Assembly: GCF_037042905.1 (NCBI RefSeq)
Contig: NC_087245.1
Location: forward strand, 35,774,001 to 35,838,000
Direction: 5' to 3'
DNA: 64,000 bases
Source: Lytechinus pictus
Taxonomy: Eukaryota
Part shown: positions 1 to 12,800 of the stretch, one piece after another
Layout of the letters: every line of letters starts with the position of its first letter
Position numbering within the stretch: the first letter of the stretch is position 1
Notes under the pieces: model-generated
What the model saw: only the letters and a program-made list of their open reading frames with translations
Database searches by the model: none
Told to the model about the DNA's origin: nothing
Made by a program: the position numbers and the translations under genes

Positions 1-845
1 ATCCTCCCTTCTTTCTTTCTTTTTTTCCTTCTTTCTGTCTAACTTTCTTTCTTTCTCTTTTCTCCGTTTTCCCGACCGGGGCAGACTGCCCCCACCTGTT
101 ACGCCACTGTGCATAGAACTGTTTCACCGAAACAATGTAACTGATCTGAATTCGGACAAACACGCCCATTCAATTACAAGATAATACAGCTTCTTCTTCC
201 AGAAAAGTGCTTCTTCGAGGTGATGGAGATAAGCGCACTTGTTGTGTGTGTATTTGGGACTTTTCACATACTCTTATTTCATAATAAATTATATTATCTA
301 TTCGTAGTAACGGGTGTCAAAAACACTAAAATAATGAAGAAAGGGCATCTATTTTCGCTAGGAAGGCTACGTGTGTAGGGTCAAATTTGCGAGGGTATAA
401 CAAATTGAGACTTAATGTTTTATAAAGGATGTACTTTTTGCCCCAAGAGTCAACACATGGCTCCATGGTCGCGCATGGTATCCACTCGTCAACGGAATCT
501 GCCTCTCCGGACCACTGCACCAAGAAGCGGTAATAATAACCCTATAACAATTTACGGAACAGCTAGGCAAACGAGTGGGTTCACTCTTCCACTGCGGGGA
601 ATCGAGGGGCGAGTCTGTTCGCTGTATATATACAGCCAAATGAGCCAATGCACAGCCTTTGTTGTGGATCGGGCGAATCATTCATTGTCTCCACAAGAAT
701 AGTTTAAAAGGAATAATGTAAAAATCAACCGATATTGTCTGGTTACTGTCAATGGCAGTAGTACACTGGGAGTAAAATAGCGTTGAGCGGAGGAATAGAC
801 CTACATCGTTCTGAGCTGAGAGCACGGCGAACAAATCACCACGAC

Positions 846-891
846 ATGGCCATTTCGCCTATATTTGTTCCTCAATCGAAGACTTTTCTCG
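846..891 (+). CDS. OACYL-like exon 1 (MAISPIFVPQSKTFL-G)
   Basis: ATG at 846 and a strong donor G|gtgagt. Phase 1 matches exon 2 and completes a signal-peptide-like N-terminus. Confidence 0.72.
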
Positions 892-3800
892 GTGAGTATG
901 ATCTGATTTTACTTCAAAACAGAGAAATTCATATAAAAGATCATGCAGGCATGAAGACCTATATAGGCCACCTTGATCTGCATAATCACAGTGTGTATAC
1001 TGTGTAAATTGATATCGAGACATACATGTAACGTCAAAGTTTGAGTGGCAATTACATATATTACAGGACTGCACGTAGAGGTTTATATCCCGGGGTATAT
1101 AATTGACCGGAGGGGGGGGGGGGGGGGGGGTAATGAGCGCAGAATACTAGTATGTTATGCTTTTACTACAGTGGCGTAATTAAGCCCCCCCCCCTCCATC
1201 GGCAGGCAAAGGGGGGGGGGGGAAGACATTAATGAGAAACGTAGTGGGGGAGAATTAATGATTGTAGGTTATATTATTGTATATATCAGATTATATCATG
1301 CATGTTAAATTATGATAGGCCTATGTATATTATACGTACTGTAAGAAATATTTTCTTTATTTTTATTAACCATAATTTGCTTAGGACGTTCATCAGTCCT
1401 GGTGCTTGCTCTGTCTGTTTATTGAGATAAATAATCATGTCCAAGGGGATCAAATGGTTCTAAAACATCTCGTTTTTAAGTCAATTATACACCAAATATA
1501 TTTCCTCGCACTTCGAGCTTTTATTAGTTTATGTAGTGACATATGCATCTTTTATTGACTACTTAAAGTGATTGCCCCCTTTTAAGGTCTGAATATAAAA
1601 TATTTCAAGTCCTTGCTTACATTCACGTTAGTGGATTGGTGAGATATGTATGCTCTTTATGAATTCCTAAAAAAAAATAGTCCTTAAAATGTCCCTGTTT
1701 GGGGTCAATATATTTATACAAAAATTTCAACTCGCGCTTCGCGCTCGCATTGTTCGTTTAGTGAGGCAGGTTCGTATCATGATAAAAAAAAATGCTTACA
1801 TATATAATGTCCGTTTTTTAGATCATAAGTTCAAACAAAATTCAGTTCGCGCTTCGCGCTGTTATTTGATCAGTGAGATAAACATATCCTTTTAATGGCA
1901 CAGTCCTTAAAATGTCTCAATTTGGTCAGTTACTTGGCTATTGAGCGCACTTCGCGCGCCAACTAAGTACATGTAATTCGAAATTTTTGCTGGTGCCCCC
2001 ATATGCCACTGTACGCCACTGTCTTATTTTTATATTGTTTGCAATTGTAGGGCTTACTTCATGTCACCAAGGCTCCTAAGTCTTCAAACGTATGGCTCTC
2101 CTTATAGCCCACGACATATGAATGAAATAGCGACCAGTAGACAAGAAGAAAAGTGATGAAAATGAGAAGAGATGTGGCAAATTTAAAAACGGTTTCTATC
2201 CGAGTCAGTAAAAAAAAATTCGGCTCACTCTTTGCGCTCGCATTAATTGTTCATTGATACACAACTTGATCTTTATTTCAAAACGTGCAAAGGTTTTAGA
2301 TCGAAATATTAAAAATATTCAGCTTGCGGAAAATACCCATCTTTTCGTGATCGGAAAACTTTATAGAATGTCCTTTTAGGCAGTGGCGTACTTAGGATTT
2401 TTCAAAGGGGGGGGGGGCAAATTCGTCCGCCCCCCAAAAAAGGTCTTCAACCGCAAGTAAAGGAAATTTCGCACCAGAAAAAAAATTGATAAGCAAAAAA
2501 AAAAAAAAAAGGTCTTCAACCACAAATAAAGGACATATCGCACCACAATAAAATTGAAAAGCAAAAAAAAAAAGGTCTTCAAGTTCAAGGAGGGGCCCAC
2601 TTAGCTCGTCAGGGATCAGTTTTTACTCGTCAGGGGGGGGGGGGGGCAGAGATACGTCCCTTGCATGTGTTGTGACTCGTCAGGGGGCAGAGGGGGCCGA
2701 GCCGGTCCGGCCCCCCTATTTAATTTTTTGGCAACCTGCAGAAAAAAAGTGTACTCTTTAACTTGATAGAAACGATGAAAAACAGAAAGAAAAGTAAGAA
2801 AGGAGAATTATACCCATGATGTGTAATTTACAGCCTCGTAACGACCGGCCTGACCCCGAAAGAAAACAAGAAAAAGTTGAGGGGAAGAATTTGAAAATAG
2901 ACTTTATATTAAAAATTTCGCTGGTGCTTCGCTCTCGCATTGCATGTGTAATGAATCTCACTCAAGAGGATTAAATTGCACTTAATATATCCAGTTCTGA
3001 AATCAATTTGCACACAATATTTTAGCTCGCACATCAAGCTTTCATTATTTTGTTTAATTTACACAAATTGTTAATATATATCAAAATTTTCAGCTCGCGC
3101 TGCGCGCTCGCATTGTTTGATTTGTGAGATACCTATCCTCTTTGAAAATTCTTACCCAAATATCTCAAAATGCCCCTTTATCATGTCAGTATATCAAAAA
3201 TTTAAGCTCGTGCTTCGCGCTCGCGTTTAATTGAGACACACAGCTTGTTCTTTATTTAAATAAAAACGCACTTAGACTGTCCAGTTTTCAGGTCGGAATA
3301 TCAAAAATTTTGAGCTCGCGCTTCGCACTCTCGATATTTAATTGGTGATACTTGTATCCTCTTCATTAATCACTAAAATCAGTCCTAATTGAGTCCCTTT
3401 TCCCGTTACTATATTAACATTTTGGCTCGCGCTTCGCACTCGCATTGTTTAGTCGGATACTTATCTTGTTCATGATTATAAAAACTGCTCAGAATCTTCA
3501 GGTCTAAGGACATAAATTATCAAAGAATTTGAGCTCGAGCTTCGCGCTCGCAATATATATTAAGACCACATGAGATACCTTATCTTGTTTATAACAATAA
3601 AAACTAACAAATACTTAAAACTTCAGTCTCTACAAATTAGTTCGGACCACCCCCTGAAAACCAAAAAAAAAAATCAGATTATAGCGGACAATCGAGAAAG
3701 ATTGGCGAAAGCTGGATCCGCCCCTGGCTCCATGGTATGATAAGGACTGCAGTAATACGGTTCACCCAGTGGGTCATGCCATGGGTCATGCACACTGGCG

Positions 3801-6800
3801 GATCCAAGGGGGAGGGGGGGGGGGGACACAGCCAGCCCGTGCCCCCCCCCCTTATTGTGAGGCATAATAAAAATTTGTAATGTAAAAATGCCGTTAAAAC
3901 AGAAGTGTGCCCCCCCTTCAAAAGAAAATACTTTTTTTGCTTGTCAAATTGTTTCGTGGATGAAATCCTCTTAATTTTGGGTTGAAACCCTTTCTTTCTG
4001 CTTGTCAATTTTTTTCGTGGACGAAATCCTCTTAATTTTTGGTTGGAACTCCCCTTTTTTTGCTTGTCAAATTTTTCTTCGGAAAAATGTGCCCCCCCCT
4101 TCAAAAAATCCTGGATCCGCCCCTGGTCATGCATGCAACCATGGCATACTATAACAATGGATTTAAAATGTGCAGTGGGATTTCACTGTTCACGTTTATG
4201 CTCTGCTTGTTTTTGGTTTTTTTCAAAGAAGAGATCGAAGGTGGGGCTAGCCTATAATCTAGGCGGAGGCTGCAGCTGCACTGCAGTTATTGCTGAACGC
4301 AAGCGATCTGATCTGGCAAAGACTTCACGTACGCAGCCACAAATGCGTAGTCTTTGCCAGATCAGACGTATCGCTTGCGTTCAGCTTAACAGCAAAGACT
4401 GCAGCCTCCGCCTAGATTATAGGCTAGGGTGGGGCGGGATCGTGAGACTGAAGAGAAAGCCAGAGGGGGGGGGGGGGCGGACATGGGGGCGGTCGCTTTG
4501 ACAAAGCGTTTGCTGAATATAAAAGGAGGAATTGCGACGAAGAGAATGGAAAGGGAAGGGGGGTTGTCGGAGGTCAAATAAAGCTAGATAATATGAAATA
4601 GGCTGTTATGAGCAAAACATTGTAAATAATGAGATTATTTCCATGAAAAGAAGATGATCATTGGAAAGTTACCTTGGAGATTACACAACACTGTGAAGGC
4701 CAAAAGGCTTTGTGATTTCCTAAATGCCTACTTTTTACGAAGAAATTCAATGAGTTACCCTTGCGAAGTCCTTGAGAAAGAATCAACGAACACATCCCAC
4801 TTCAACACAGAAGACTAGCTGTGGTGTTATCATGGCCGTTTTTTTTAATGTAGGCCTACAAAAGCGCCGGAAGCGCGGGGGGATGGGCAGTGGGGGCACT
4901 TGTTCCCCATAAATTATAATCGGGGGAAACGAGTTTTTGCCCCTCCGAAGTGCCTAACTAAGTTTTTTGACGCATTTTGACTTTTGTCTTGTTATGGAGT
5001 ATGGTGACACATCTTTTCATAAATCGACTTGGCGAAATAACGCGTCTCGATCGCCATGTTAACATGATCATAAACGTTATCATGGTTATGTTATTATGCC
5101 GACTTGAAATTATCTCGCCATCTCTACAAGTCGATGGCAAGACTTCTTTAGGCCTACATGTTTGGGATATTTAGGGAAATGCCATCAAAACTTTGAAAGA
5201 AAATGGATATAGTTCGTAAAATGTGGACATAAGAGTAATCAAGTATCACTGATCGTCTTTCATGAATCTTACATGTAGATCACTTGATCAAGGTCAAAAG
5301 TCATTTGGGGTCAATGATCCTATTATTTTATTATCATATGAATTGCTTTGTTTTCTTTTCTTTGTTGTTTTCAAAGTTGGGCTCTGTCGCTACATAATTT
5401 GAATCGCGTAACGCAGGCGAGACTGCAGGAAGCGTTGCACTTGTTTTTAAAACAAACTTCTACTGTTTCTTCTATACAGTGCGTCCCAGAAAAAACGAAA
5501 CCGAGATTAAGCGATGATTTATCATAACTTAATCACAAATAAAATAGGCAAATGACCTACCAATGTAAAACGTAGAATCTCCTCTTTCATCTGATATTAC
5601 TAAGATTATTCCTCATTCACGCATGAGTGAGCAAAAACAATTTGAAGAAAGGATACAAAAAACTCATTTCAAAAAGAAAATCACATGCCTAAAAAGATCA
5701 ATATCTGCTCTTTTATTTGATACCTTAATCACAAAAAAAATGGTCAAGAAGTAAAAAAGTTATGTTCTCTCGAATCAATGCTTGTATTTCCATAATTTCA
5801 TTACATAAACGTGTTGTCACCGGTTTCCCAGAGAAGCTATCGCATGGTTAACAACAGACTTAATGCATGGCTGATCGTCAACAAAACGGAGTGTCAAGTG
5901 AGTTTGAACACTAGCCTGTAGAACCTCTTCATTTTATGAAATTATTGGAATTCAAGCCTTATTTCAAATAACCAGAACTTTCATTTTTTGTAATTGAAGT
6001 ATCAAATTAAAGAGCAGATATTGGACTTTTTAAAAATGTGGTTTTCCTTTTGAAACCGAGATACAGCCCGCCAAATGACTTTTTGGTATCCCCTCTTCAA
6101 ATTGTTTTCGCTCACTCATGCGTGAATGAGGAAATAATCTAAGTAATATCAGATGAAAGAGGAGATTCTAAGCTTTATAATGGTAGGTCATTTGTCTATT
6201 GTATCTGTGATTAAGTTATGGTAAATCATCGATAAATCTCGGTTTCGTTTTTTGTGGGACGCACTGTATAATGTTTATTTATTCATTCATTTATTTATAT
6301 ATATTCAACATTTATGCCGGATAAAAGATAAATAATCGAATCAGCAAACTGTTTTTCATTCATTTCCTGTTAACATATAGATACAAAATACAATTCCAAT
6401 TGTATTGTGCTAGAGATATAAAAAAATGATGAACCGGATACTCTGTCAGAGGAGTAGGTCAATTCCAAAATAAAGTATAAGCCAAAGTAGAATCAAATTG
6501 GATTATTGGCTTTGTGTTTAGGAATGGTGGCAAAAGACTTAACGATGTCACGCTCAGTGATTTGCAAGAAAGAAAAGACAAGTCTCTGTTATCTAGATAC
6601 TAAATGGCATTGTCTTTTGCGAGCGAATTAGCTTTAGTTTGAGGTTTTTAGATACGTCACCAAATGAATTATTCATAACATTTGCAATATTGTTATCGTT
6701 TACAAATTCAGTGTTCCCGCATTGAATGCAATTTATCACATTTGACTGATTCGACTCTGCCATCAGAGTTCGTAAGAGTTTCCAAATTTCTTAAGGTTTA

Positions 6801-9800
6801 CCTTTATTTTTCAATAGAGTTTCAGTAACATAGTCTCTCTTATAATTTGCGAATAATAGTTGTTACATGGTTTCGAGATGCTTTATACGTATTCCAATCA
6901 CTCCGTAGTTTAGTTAATCGAGCTATTGCTTTATTATTTTTGTCCCTTTCTGGCATGAGCATTTCAATTTTCACCATTCATCCAAGGACATGAAGGAGAG
7001 CAACTTACTTCCCAACGCGTCTACGCTTTTTTAGGGAGCATGTTTATCGAGAACTTTCCTAAAAGCAGTGTACCATTTACTGAAAGAATTTGAAACATCA
7101 TTCGTACTTAGTGTTTCACACCAAGATTCAGCATATAAATCATTGAATAAATTAATGTTTTTCAGGTTCGAGATTCTATACATATGGTTTGAGCTTGGTG
7201 CTTTACAATTACCAACTGCGGTACATGTAGTGGTCGCTAAGACTGATTGGTACTACATCGCAAAATTGAAAAAAAAATCTTGATGACAAATAAATCAGTA
7301 ATAGCACTAGTTTCAGATGTTATTCTCGTTGGCTTAGAAACGAATTGCCGTAATCCATACTCGTTTAAGAGATTCATTAGTTTCTTTGTATGACTGGAAT
7401 CACTGGATGGCTCTCTTTTCGTAACGTCACAATTTTGGTCACCATGAATTATATTCATCGTTTGATTTCGATTCTAGATACTCTACAAAACAACTCGTTA
7501 AAGAATCGGGAGGCCCATACCAAACCACAATATAAAATGGTTTTTGTTTAAATGATTCAAGTTTAATGCAGAGTAATCAAGATTATATTTCAATTAATGG
7601 TCGCATTGCCAATTGGAGGATCTACATGGCATTAGTGATCTCAATATTCAAATGCTCATAACTTTCTTATTATTCATTCAATCTTCCTCAAACTTTCAAC
7701 AATATGTTTCTTTGATTTTTCTCTTTGATATGGATTCAGCTGGTTTCAAGGGTTTCATTCTCCTTTGACCTTTTCTAGAGGATACAACAATGACAACAGT
7801 ACAAAGCACATCTATTATTTCCCCGGCTTTACCACGAGTTGAGTGTAGCATAATGGGGCTGAAGATCTTGGTGAAGGGAAAATACGCCGTGGTTGGGATT
7901 CGAACCCTTGACCCATATTTTGAAAGATGAGAGACAGGCACTCTTGACCATGAAGAATGATAATAGATAGGTATCCCGCATGATATTTTTTTTGTGTGTT
8001 TGTTATCTACCCAGGTATATTATTCTTCCTATCGGGCGTATGTGGTTTCTCTCCTGTCCAAGCTGGGCTTGAGAGTAGTGACTTACCAGGCTTGAAGATG
8101 ATGACATTTTGGAATGACTGGGTTGAAGAGAACATTCTATCATCTCTCAGGGTTGGTGAGGAATCGTATAAATCAAAATGTTTCACTGAGATTGAGCAGA
8201 TCTTCACAGAAGGAGGAGAGAAGCGGAATACAAGTAAGTTGAATTCTTGTCCGTGTGACTAATACCATCATAGGAAATTCAGATTCATGTTTGACAGTCC
8301 ATGTCAATACCAGTATGGCACCACACGAATTAGTGTTATTCTCGAATAGCATTATTTCAAATTGTGATTAAGAATGATAATGTTGAAACCCGGTAAATTT
8401 GAAACACTTCTTTTCTTTTTAAATTATTTGATTCAGTGTTTTCGATATTTCGATTGCAGTATATATATAAAGGGTAAAAGAAAAACAATTCCTGAAAATG
8501 TGTGAATCCTTGGACATTTTATTGATTATAGGTGTGTACAGGTTTAAAAGAAAAAAAACAGACAGGGTGTTGAAAACAAGGCCTGCCGAACAACGGAGGT
8601 GGGGGGGGGGGGGTGGTGGGAATTGTGTATTTGTGCATGGTCATCCCCCCCCAATCAACTTTTAAACCCCTTGAGAATATTTAATGAATGGTCGCAATAT
8701 AAGCTACAACGTTCTTTATCAAGTTTATTTGCTTTTCGTTTCAGTCATAGATGCAACAGGCAAGCCATCCTCGGGGATCTTACAGGGTAATGTCGCCTGG
8801 TTAGGAGATTTCAGGCAGTGTATGGACGCTACAGATCTTCACTACTGTCTCCTCAAGTTACCAATACACGCAGAGGCATTTAGCAGGAGGGTAATACAGT
8901 CGTTGAATCAAGGGGTAATCGGGGGGGGGGGGTGTGAACTGCCATGCCCTTACTCTCTGGTAAAACTTTATAATGTATTTTGTTATTATGTATAAGGGGG
9001 GAGGGGGTATCAGCCACGCCCACTAAGGGGAAGTCTGCAGGCACAGACCCTGATTGAAACTTTGATCAGCAAGTGTGTCTCCACGCAAAGACTAGCACGC
9101 AGAAAACTTGCTGAGCGAGGGGGCCTTCAGTACACAAGGCATGAGTAGGCAGCACATTCAGACCATTAACTCGAGTGAAGGGTTTGCACAGCGGACTAAC
9201 TAAGGGGCGGGGAATGCCCCTGACATAATTTAGAGGAACCTTTTGTTTTTAAATGTCACAAATGTTTTGGCGGGAAAGTCCTTCCAGCAATGTCAGGCTG
9301 ACCTTTGATCTCTTCTTCTTCCATTTTTTTTGTTTTAAGAAAATACCTGCTCACCTGACAAGGTTTCAAAGCACGCCATTGACCACGCCCATATAACTTG
9401 GGCTCTGAGTTATTATACTTTTCTCCCAATCGCTAATAAGCACACCTCTGCATTTTTTAGGTGAGTGGTTCATTGTCACTTGGTGTCTGCGTTCCTGAAG
9501 AATGTTCAGGAAAGGATATCAATGATGCCATAAAATTCATTGGTGAGTATAAAATATTGTTCATGAACAGGCCTTTGTATGATTAGAAATATTTATTTTT
9601 ATATAGATTTGTTTGTACTTATCGTTAGCTCGTAGTTTACGGTAGAGTCGTAGTGGTGGTAGTTGTAATACGACTAATAGCAACAGCAGTAGATTTCACA
9701 GTTGTCATGGCTAAACCTCTTGAATATTGTGATTTTTACCTCCGTACAGAGAATGTGTTTGGTAAATTTTTGGTTTGATTTTGATTTGATTTTAATTTAG

Positions 9801-12800
9801 TTTCGTTAAAATCAAGTAACAATNNNNNNNNNNNNNNNNNNNNNNNNNNNNNNNNNNNNNNNNNNNNNNNNNNNNNNNNNNNNNNNNNNNNNNNNNNNNN
9901 NNNNNNNNNNNNNNNNNNNNNNNNNNNNNNNNNNNNNNNNNNNNNNNNNNNNNNNNNNNNNNNNNNNNNNNNNNNNNNNNNNCACCATCAACCACCACCA
10001 TCNNNNNNNNNNNNNNNNNNNNNNNNNNNNNNNNNNNNNNNNNNNNNNNNNNNNNNNNNNNNNNNNNNNNNNNNNNNNNNNNNNNNNNNNNNNNNNNNNN
10101 NNNNNNNNNNNNNNNNNNNNNNNNNNNNNNNNNNNNNNNNNNNNNNNNNNNNNNNNNNNNNNNNNNNNNNNNNNNNNNNNNNNNNNNNNNNNNNNNNNNN
10201 NNNNNNNNNNNNNNNNNNNNNNNNNNNNNNNNNNNNNNNNNNNNNNNNNNNNNNNNNNNNNNNNNNNNNNNNNNNNNNNNNNNNNNNNNNNNNNNNNNNN
10301 NNNNNNNNNNNNNNNNNNNNNNNNNNNNNNNNNNNNNNNNNNNNNNNNNNNNNNNNNNNNNNNNNNNNNNNNNNNNNNNNNNNNNNNNNNNNNNNNNNNN
10401 NNNNNNNNNNNNNNNNNNNNNNNNNNNNNNNNNNNNNNNNNNNNNNNNNNNNNNNNNNNNNNNNNNNNNNNNNNNNNNNNNNNNNNNNNNNNNNNNNNNN
10501 NNNNNNNNNNNNNNNNNNNNNNNNNNNNNNNNNNNNNNNNNNNNNNNNNNNNNNNNNNNNNNNNNNNNNNNNNNNNNNNNNNNNNNNNNNNNNNNNNNNN
10601 NNNNNNNNNNNNNNNNNNNNNNNNNNNNNNNNNNNNNNNNNNNNNNNNNTTGGTAATGATCCCTTTCCTGTTAGTTCATATAAATCTATATCATTGCTGT
10701 ATCGCTTTCAAGTACGAACATTTCTAAATTGACCTCTTTATGCCACTTTTTTGTCATTGCAGATATTTTATTATTTAACGGTACTAAGAATCTGATGATC
10801 CACTGCAGTGATAGACTAAATCCATTAAGCGATTCTGGGTTCATATGCACCATGTATGTATTGATAGTTTGCAATTATGTTTTTTTTTAAATCCTGTTAT
10901 ACTACTTTTACCTTCATCATGGCTGTGGAATTGCATAGTTTTTAACCCCTTGCTACTTTAAAAGCGAGTCCAGTTTCTCGGTAATTTACTTCTTTTTTAA
11001 TATGCATATATACTCGTCCTTAATAATGATAGTCTTGAATATTATAATAATGTCCCTTTGAAACAGAGGGTCATGGGGTCGAATCCCAGCCATGGCGTAA
11101 TTTCCTTCAGCAAAAAATGTATCCACATTGTGCTGCACTCGACCCAGGTTTGGTGAATGGGTACCCGGTAGGAAGAAATTCCTCGAATGCTCGAGCGCCC
11201 GATAAAGGTAGCCGTGCTAAAGCCGGGGTAATAATAGCAGGGCCCACTGGGAGAACAGTTTTCGGAACTGAAGTGGCTACCCTGGGTAAATATGCCGCTA
11301 TTATTATTATTATTATTATTATTATAGTCTTAACCTCTTATAGAAACAAAATAATTGTTATGGGGTTGAAAGGGTGTGTAATACTCATCAAAATGATTTC
11401 GTCTTTAACGCGGATTCAAATTCATCAATTTTGTAATTTTGTTTATAATTGCTCCAACGCTCTTGTTCCCTTTCATTATCCCGTCAAGGTGCAGAAGTAT
11501 TATGATAATTTGATCCACCTTTGACCATAATTCCTCTCATTTCATTTTATCGTTGCACATTCCGTAACACTAATAATGTCAATGGTTTATAAAAAGTTTT
11601 CCTTAACAGTTAAGAGCTACTGAAATAATTCAAGTTGATTGGCTGCGTGCATTTGTTATTTTAACTCGAACCAGAACTCTGGAGTCCGTTTCACACAAAA
11701 AAAATGTTACAAGTATAGTAACTTTGCCATCATGGCAACTACCATGGTAACAGGGCTCAACATCCAATCACAATCAAGATTTAATTTGGAAGCCACAATA
11801 ATGACAGTTACAATAATTGTAAGTCTTTATAAAACGGACTTCTGGTCTTTTTGATCTTCTGTTGTAGATGTTATTTATTAACCATATAAACCAATATGAA
11901 ATCCGTTTTCTCCTTTACTGGTAGAGTGTTTCTGTCACTGCTTTGTGCACTCTGTCTGGGCGCAACGGCTTATGAGAGTTATCGCCATCACTATACCAAC
12001 ATATCGGATGAAGAAAGTATACCCATACTTCAACGGCAGTCTTCTTGCAATAGCAATGAACATAGTCTAAGAAAGACTGAAATAGATGATTCTAAAGGTA
12101 ATGGTTTTCTGACTCTCGTTTCACTCCTAAAAATATATAAACCATTGACAATTAATAATAATAATAATAATAATAAACAGTTTTTGTATAGCGCATATCA
12201 CAATTATGAATAATGTCCCTATACGCGCTTCCAAAGGACTTGGATATTATTACCCCAGCTGTATTAGGTGGCGGTAGTTGTGTTTAAATGAAACTCTGTT
12301 TTGTTAATATGTTTTGTAGACATATATATAATCATTTTATTTGTTGATTTATTTGAGTTCATTAAAATGCATTGAGCATATAAAAAACATAACAAAACAC
12401 AAAAAGTAAAGAAAAAAATAATCGTCACAAACTCATTTGTGATTTATTTTCAGATTGTGTACAACACAGCAAAAATGCTCCTAAGAAACTAAATATTAAA
12501 TGGGTTCTTGAAAGGTATTTCAGAATAGATTTGCTTATATTTTGTCAAAATATTTGTTTCCTTGTTTCAAAGTTATTGCTGTGTTTTCATTGCCCGATCA
12601 GTTCATTGAAGAAGAATAAAAACAATATTTTGTTTTACTCCAGATCTGTCAACGTGGCGGCGGTGTTTTCTATGTTTCTCTCTGAGTCGTTCTATAAATC
12701 AAATCACTTCAACGATATCAGCGAAAGATGACATTGTGTGTCTTCACGGAATGAGAGTTATTAGTATGTTCTGGATAATAATGGGACATTCATTCAGTTT

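Noticed and set aside
621-650. Palindromic GCTGTATATATACAGC and nearby CCAAT as the OACYL promoter
   Set aside because: Plausible position, but unsupported without TSS data in AT-rich DNA
4168-4230. Hydrophobic MCSGISLFTFMLCLFLVFF as the first exon of OACYL
   Set aside because: No suitable donor site; 846-891 has a consensus donor in the correct phase
9824-10649. N-runs as gaps hiding an exon
   Set aside because: The gene model is complete and in frame without them. N-runs abut simple repeats and recur at homologous sites with equal length (17114-17253 and 58484-58623, both 140), so they look like masked low-complexity sequence.
11923-11927. In-frame skipping of exon 5 using the GAG acceptor at 11925-11926
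   Set aside because: The phase would fit, but GAG acceptors are rare, and exon 5 supplies the sixth NRF cysteine with the TAG acceptor
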